Part shown: piece after piece, positions 61,361 to 64,000 of the stretch | Layout: every line of letters starts with the position of its first letter | Numbering within the stretch: the stretch's first letter is position 1 | Source of the DNA: Pristiophorus japonicus | Taxonomy: Eukaryota | NCBI RefSeq assembly: GCF_044704955.1 | Contig: NC_091982.1 | Location: 196,850,001-196,914,000, forward strand | DNA length: 64,000 bases | Direction: 5' to 3' | Notes under the pieces: model-generated | Databases searched by the model: none | What the model saw: only the letters and a program-made list of their open reading frames with translations | What the model was told of the DNA's origin: nothing | Translations under genes and position numbers: made by a program

Positions 61361-61582
61361 TTGGCTTAGCAACTGGTGTGTAGCTACTGTCAGGTATTGG
61401 GTTCAATATGCATTCTGGAGTTTTGCTTGATCTACCTTTTTAAGAGGGGAGACGGGGTGAATCTTTACATAACCTTTAGGAGATGAAGTGCTTAGAGTGG
61501 GTAATAGGTTTGTATCTTCTCCCTTATGCATTGCTAATTACATTCGGGACAACATTTAGTACTATACTTTTGAAAACTTCAA

Positions 61583-62176
61583 GAGGCCGAAATTGCCCTC
61601 CGCCCCAAACGGGGCGCACCTTCAATTTTCTAAGTGTTCTGACCACCCAAATGCATGGGGCGGGCAAATTCAGCTCTTTGTTTTTTTTGGAGCAGGGCAT
61701 ATGTGGATATGTGGGGTCATCAGCGGGGCGGGGCGGCCATCGTTCCGAGTCATCAGCGCTGACGCGTCACAACATCCCTCCCCTTCAGTTAAAGGGGAGT
61801 GCTGCTGCGAACTCTGCAAAGTATTTAGTTAGGTCCACAGGGCTACTAGGGAGGTTTTCAGCTGGATCAGCGGCCTCAGGCTGCCTGTTAGCGGTCTGGC
61901 TGAACCCGTGAGCATAATTGTCGGCCCGACCTGGCAGTATGCCGACAAAAAATAATATGGAGTTGCTGGCGGCGTGACCTCCCCTTTAAGAGCGGACGCG
62001 CCGTCCAGCCACACTCGGCTTCCCGCTGGGGAAAGCTGTTAGTGGCACCGTGCCACCGCTCCCGCAGGGGGCAATTCCATCACTTCCGGCCCGGGTGTCC
62101 TTCTGCTTGCACCCAGTCGGTAAGGCATCTTAGAGGCGGTAATGGACCTTTTATAGAGGAGGGCAATTTTGGCCCC
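61583..62176. mobile_element. Non-autonomous TIR element (Harbinger-like)
   Basis: TIR GAGGCCGAAATTGCCCTCC / GGAGGGCAATTTTGGCCCC (17/19); flanks CAA/AAA. Confidence 0.7.
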
Positions 62177-62751
62177 AAATTTTCAGGGTGTGGATAAGCA
62201 AAAGTGCACAGCTTCTGTCTTTTTTTTTAGTCAACATTCAAACTGTAAGACTTGGCATAGTAGCAGCACTGTACGCTGTTAGACTTTTTTAAATTGTAAT
62301 TTTTTATCTGGTCGGGTGTTAATGGTAGATTAGCAATTCATCCATCAGTCACGCATACAACTTCTTTAAAGAATCTACACCTGGAAGCCTTGTGAGATGA
62401 TTTTATTCTCACCTGTACCATCACCTAATAGTCCACCTTTGCATAAATGAAGATAATTCAAATATAAATTAGTTTTGAGTTTCTTAATTTTCGGATTGCA
62501 TTAACATGATTGCTTCTGGCATCACTTCCCATAGGTAATCTGTACCAAACTTTTACTGCACAGTAGGAAAACCTTTTCTTTTTGTGAGGGTACTCAGTCC
62601 CTCTATTTCCACCCTAGTTCCCTTTGTTTGCCCCTTGCAGTGTTTACTGCCTATGGTTCAGATGACAGAAAAGAGAGCCATTCCCAGACATTAGGCAATG
62701 CCATTGTACTAGCTACAAGGCAGTGATATGAGAGTGGCTCAGCGACAATTA

Positions 62752-63750
62752 GGGAAGTCCAGAACCAGGGGTCACAGTCTAAGGATAAGGGGTAAGCCAT
62801 TTAGGACCGAGATGAGGAGAAACTTCTTCACCCAGAGTGGTGAACCTGTGGAATTCTCTACCACAGAAAGTTGTTGAGGCCAATTCACTAATTATATTCA
62901 AAAAGGAGTTGGATGTAGTCCTTACTACTAGGGGAATCAAGGGGTATGGCGAGAAAGCAGGAATGGGGTACTGAAGTTGCATGTTCAGCCATGAACTCAT
63001 TGAATGGCGGTGCAGGCTCAAAGGGCCGAATAGCCTACCCCTGCACCTATTTTCTATATTTCTATGTTTCTAATTGTACTTCCAATGTACCTCGAATCGC
63101 TGAAAGTTAACTTGCAGATACAGCAAGCAATTAGGAAAGCAAATAGTATGGGTTAGCCTTTATTACAAAAGGATTGGAGTATAAGAGTAAAGAAGTCTTA
63201 CTGCAAATATAGAGGGCCTTGGTGAGACCACACCTGGAGGACTGTATATAGTCTTGGTCTCCTTACCTAAGGAAGGATATACTTGCCATAGAGAGAGTAC
63301 AACAAAGGTTCATCAGTCTGATTCCTGGGATGAGGGAATTGTCCTTTGAGGAGACGAATACGAGGTGAACTCATTGAAACATAAAATTCACACAGGGCTT
63401 GACAGGATAGATGCTGGGAGGATGTTTATTCTGGTTTGGGAGTCTCGAACCAGGGGGTCACAGTCTCAGAATAAGAGAACTGAGATGAGAATTTTTTTCG
63501 CGCAAAGAGTTGTGAATCTTTGGAATTCTCTACCCCAGAGGGCTGTGGATGCTCAGTTATTGAGTATATTCTAGACAGAGATTGTTAGATTTTTGGAGAT
63601 AAAGGAAATCAAGGGATATGGAAATAGTGCGGGAAGGTGGAGTTGAGGTAGAAGATCAGCCATGATCTTACTGAATGGCGGATTCAATAAGGCTTCAATA
63701 AGAAGCAGGCTCAAGGGGCCGAATGACCTACTCCTGCTCCTATTTCTTAA
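62752..63750 (+). mobile_element. Two CR1 3' fragments in tandem
   Basis: GKSRTRGHSLRIRGKPFRTEMRRNFFT plus tail to ~63071; a second fragment RALVRPHLE...QRVVNLWNSLPQ plus tail to ~63750. Confidence 0.85.
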
Positions 63751-64000
63751 CGTCTAATGATTTTCTTTTTTTATCTCCCAGTGAAAAGGCACTTGAATTT
63801 CATTCAGTATTTCCTCACAATCATGTAGCTAAGTCTAAGAGCTCAAAATGTTTGAATTAAACATGTGTCCCACAAGTGCTATGGCACAGTGTGCTGGAAT
63901 GTTATGGGGGTTTTAAAGAGCTGTACCGGGGAATTTTGGAGCAAGCCCCATGGCACTATTTTATCTGCTGGCTAAAGTCTGATGCGCAGCAGGTCCATCT

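Overview
Eukaryotic, repeat-rich vertebrate genomic DNA. The repeat families and protein divergence suggest a cartilaginous fish (shark), which is an inference. Three intron-containing genes can be built by hand with GT-AG boundaries and consistent phases. (1) The 5' part of ECT2 on the minus strand: 8 coding exons from ATG 29205 down to 257, continuing off the left edge, with a CCAAT-rich/CDE-CHR cell-cycle promoter. (2) A complete 3-exon, 406-aa THAP-domain gene on the minus strand (59900-59830, 40657-40468, 39760-38801) with a C2CH THAP finger, a DHNY HCF-1-binding motif and a C-terminal coiled coil. (3) Coding exon 1 of NCEH1 on the plus strand (60483-60620). The THAP gene lies inside the head-to-head NCEH1/ECT2 interval known from mammals and shares a ~580-bp bidirectional promoter with NCEH1 that carries a ZNF143/THAP11-type ACTACAnnTCCCAG motif. 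The rest is mostly nested decayed transposons: CR1 and RTE LINEs, L2, SINEs, a 5'-truncated Gypsy element, a hAT transposase fossil and several Harbinger-type TIR elements. Notable oddities are a candidate ECT2 poison exon, a TSD-flanked tail-less local copy of intronic DNA, an RTE insertion with twin-priming 5' inversion geometry, and a Myb-only Harbinger element. Repeat boundaries are approximate unless a TSD or TIR is cited. No database searches were run; homologies are from recall.
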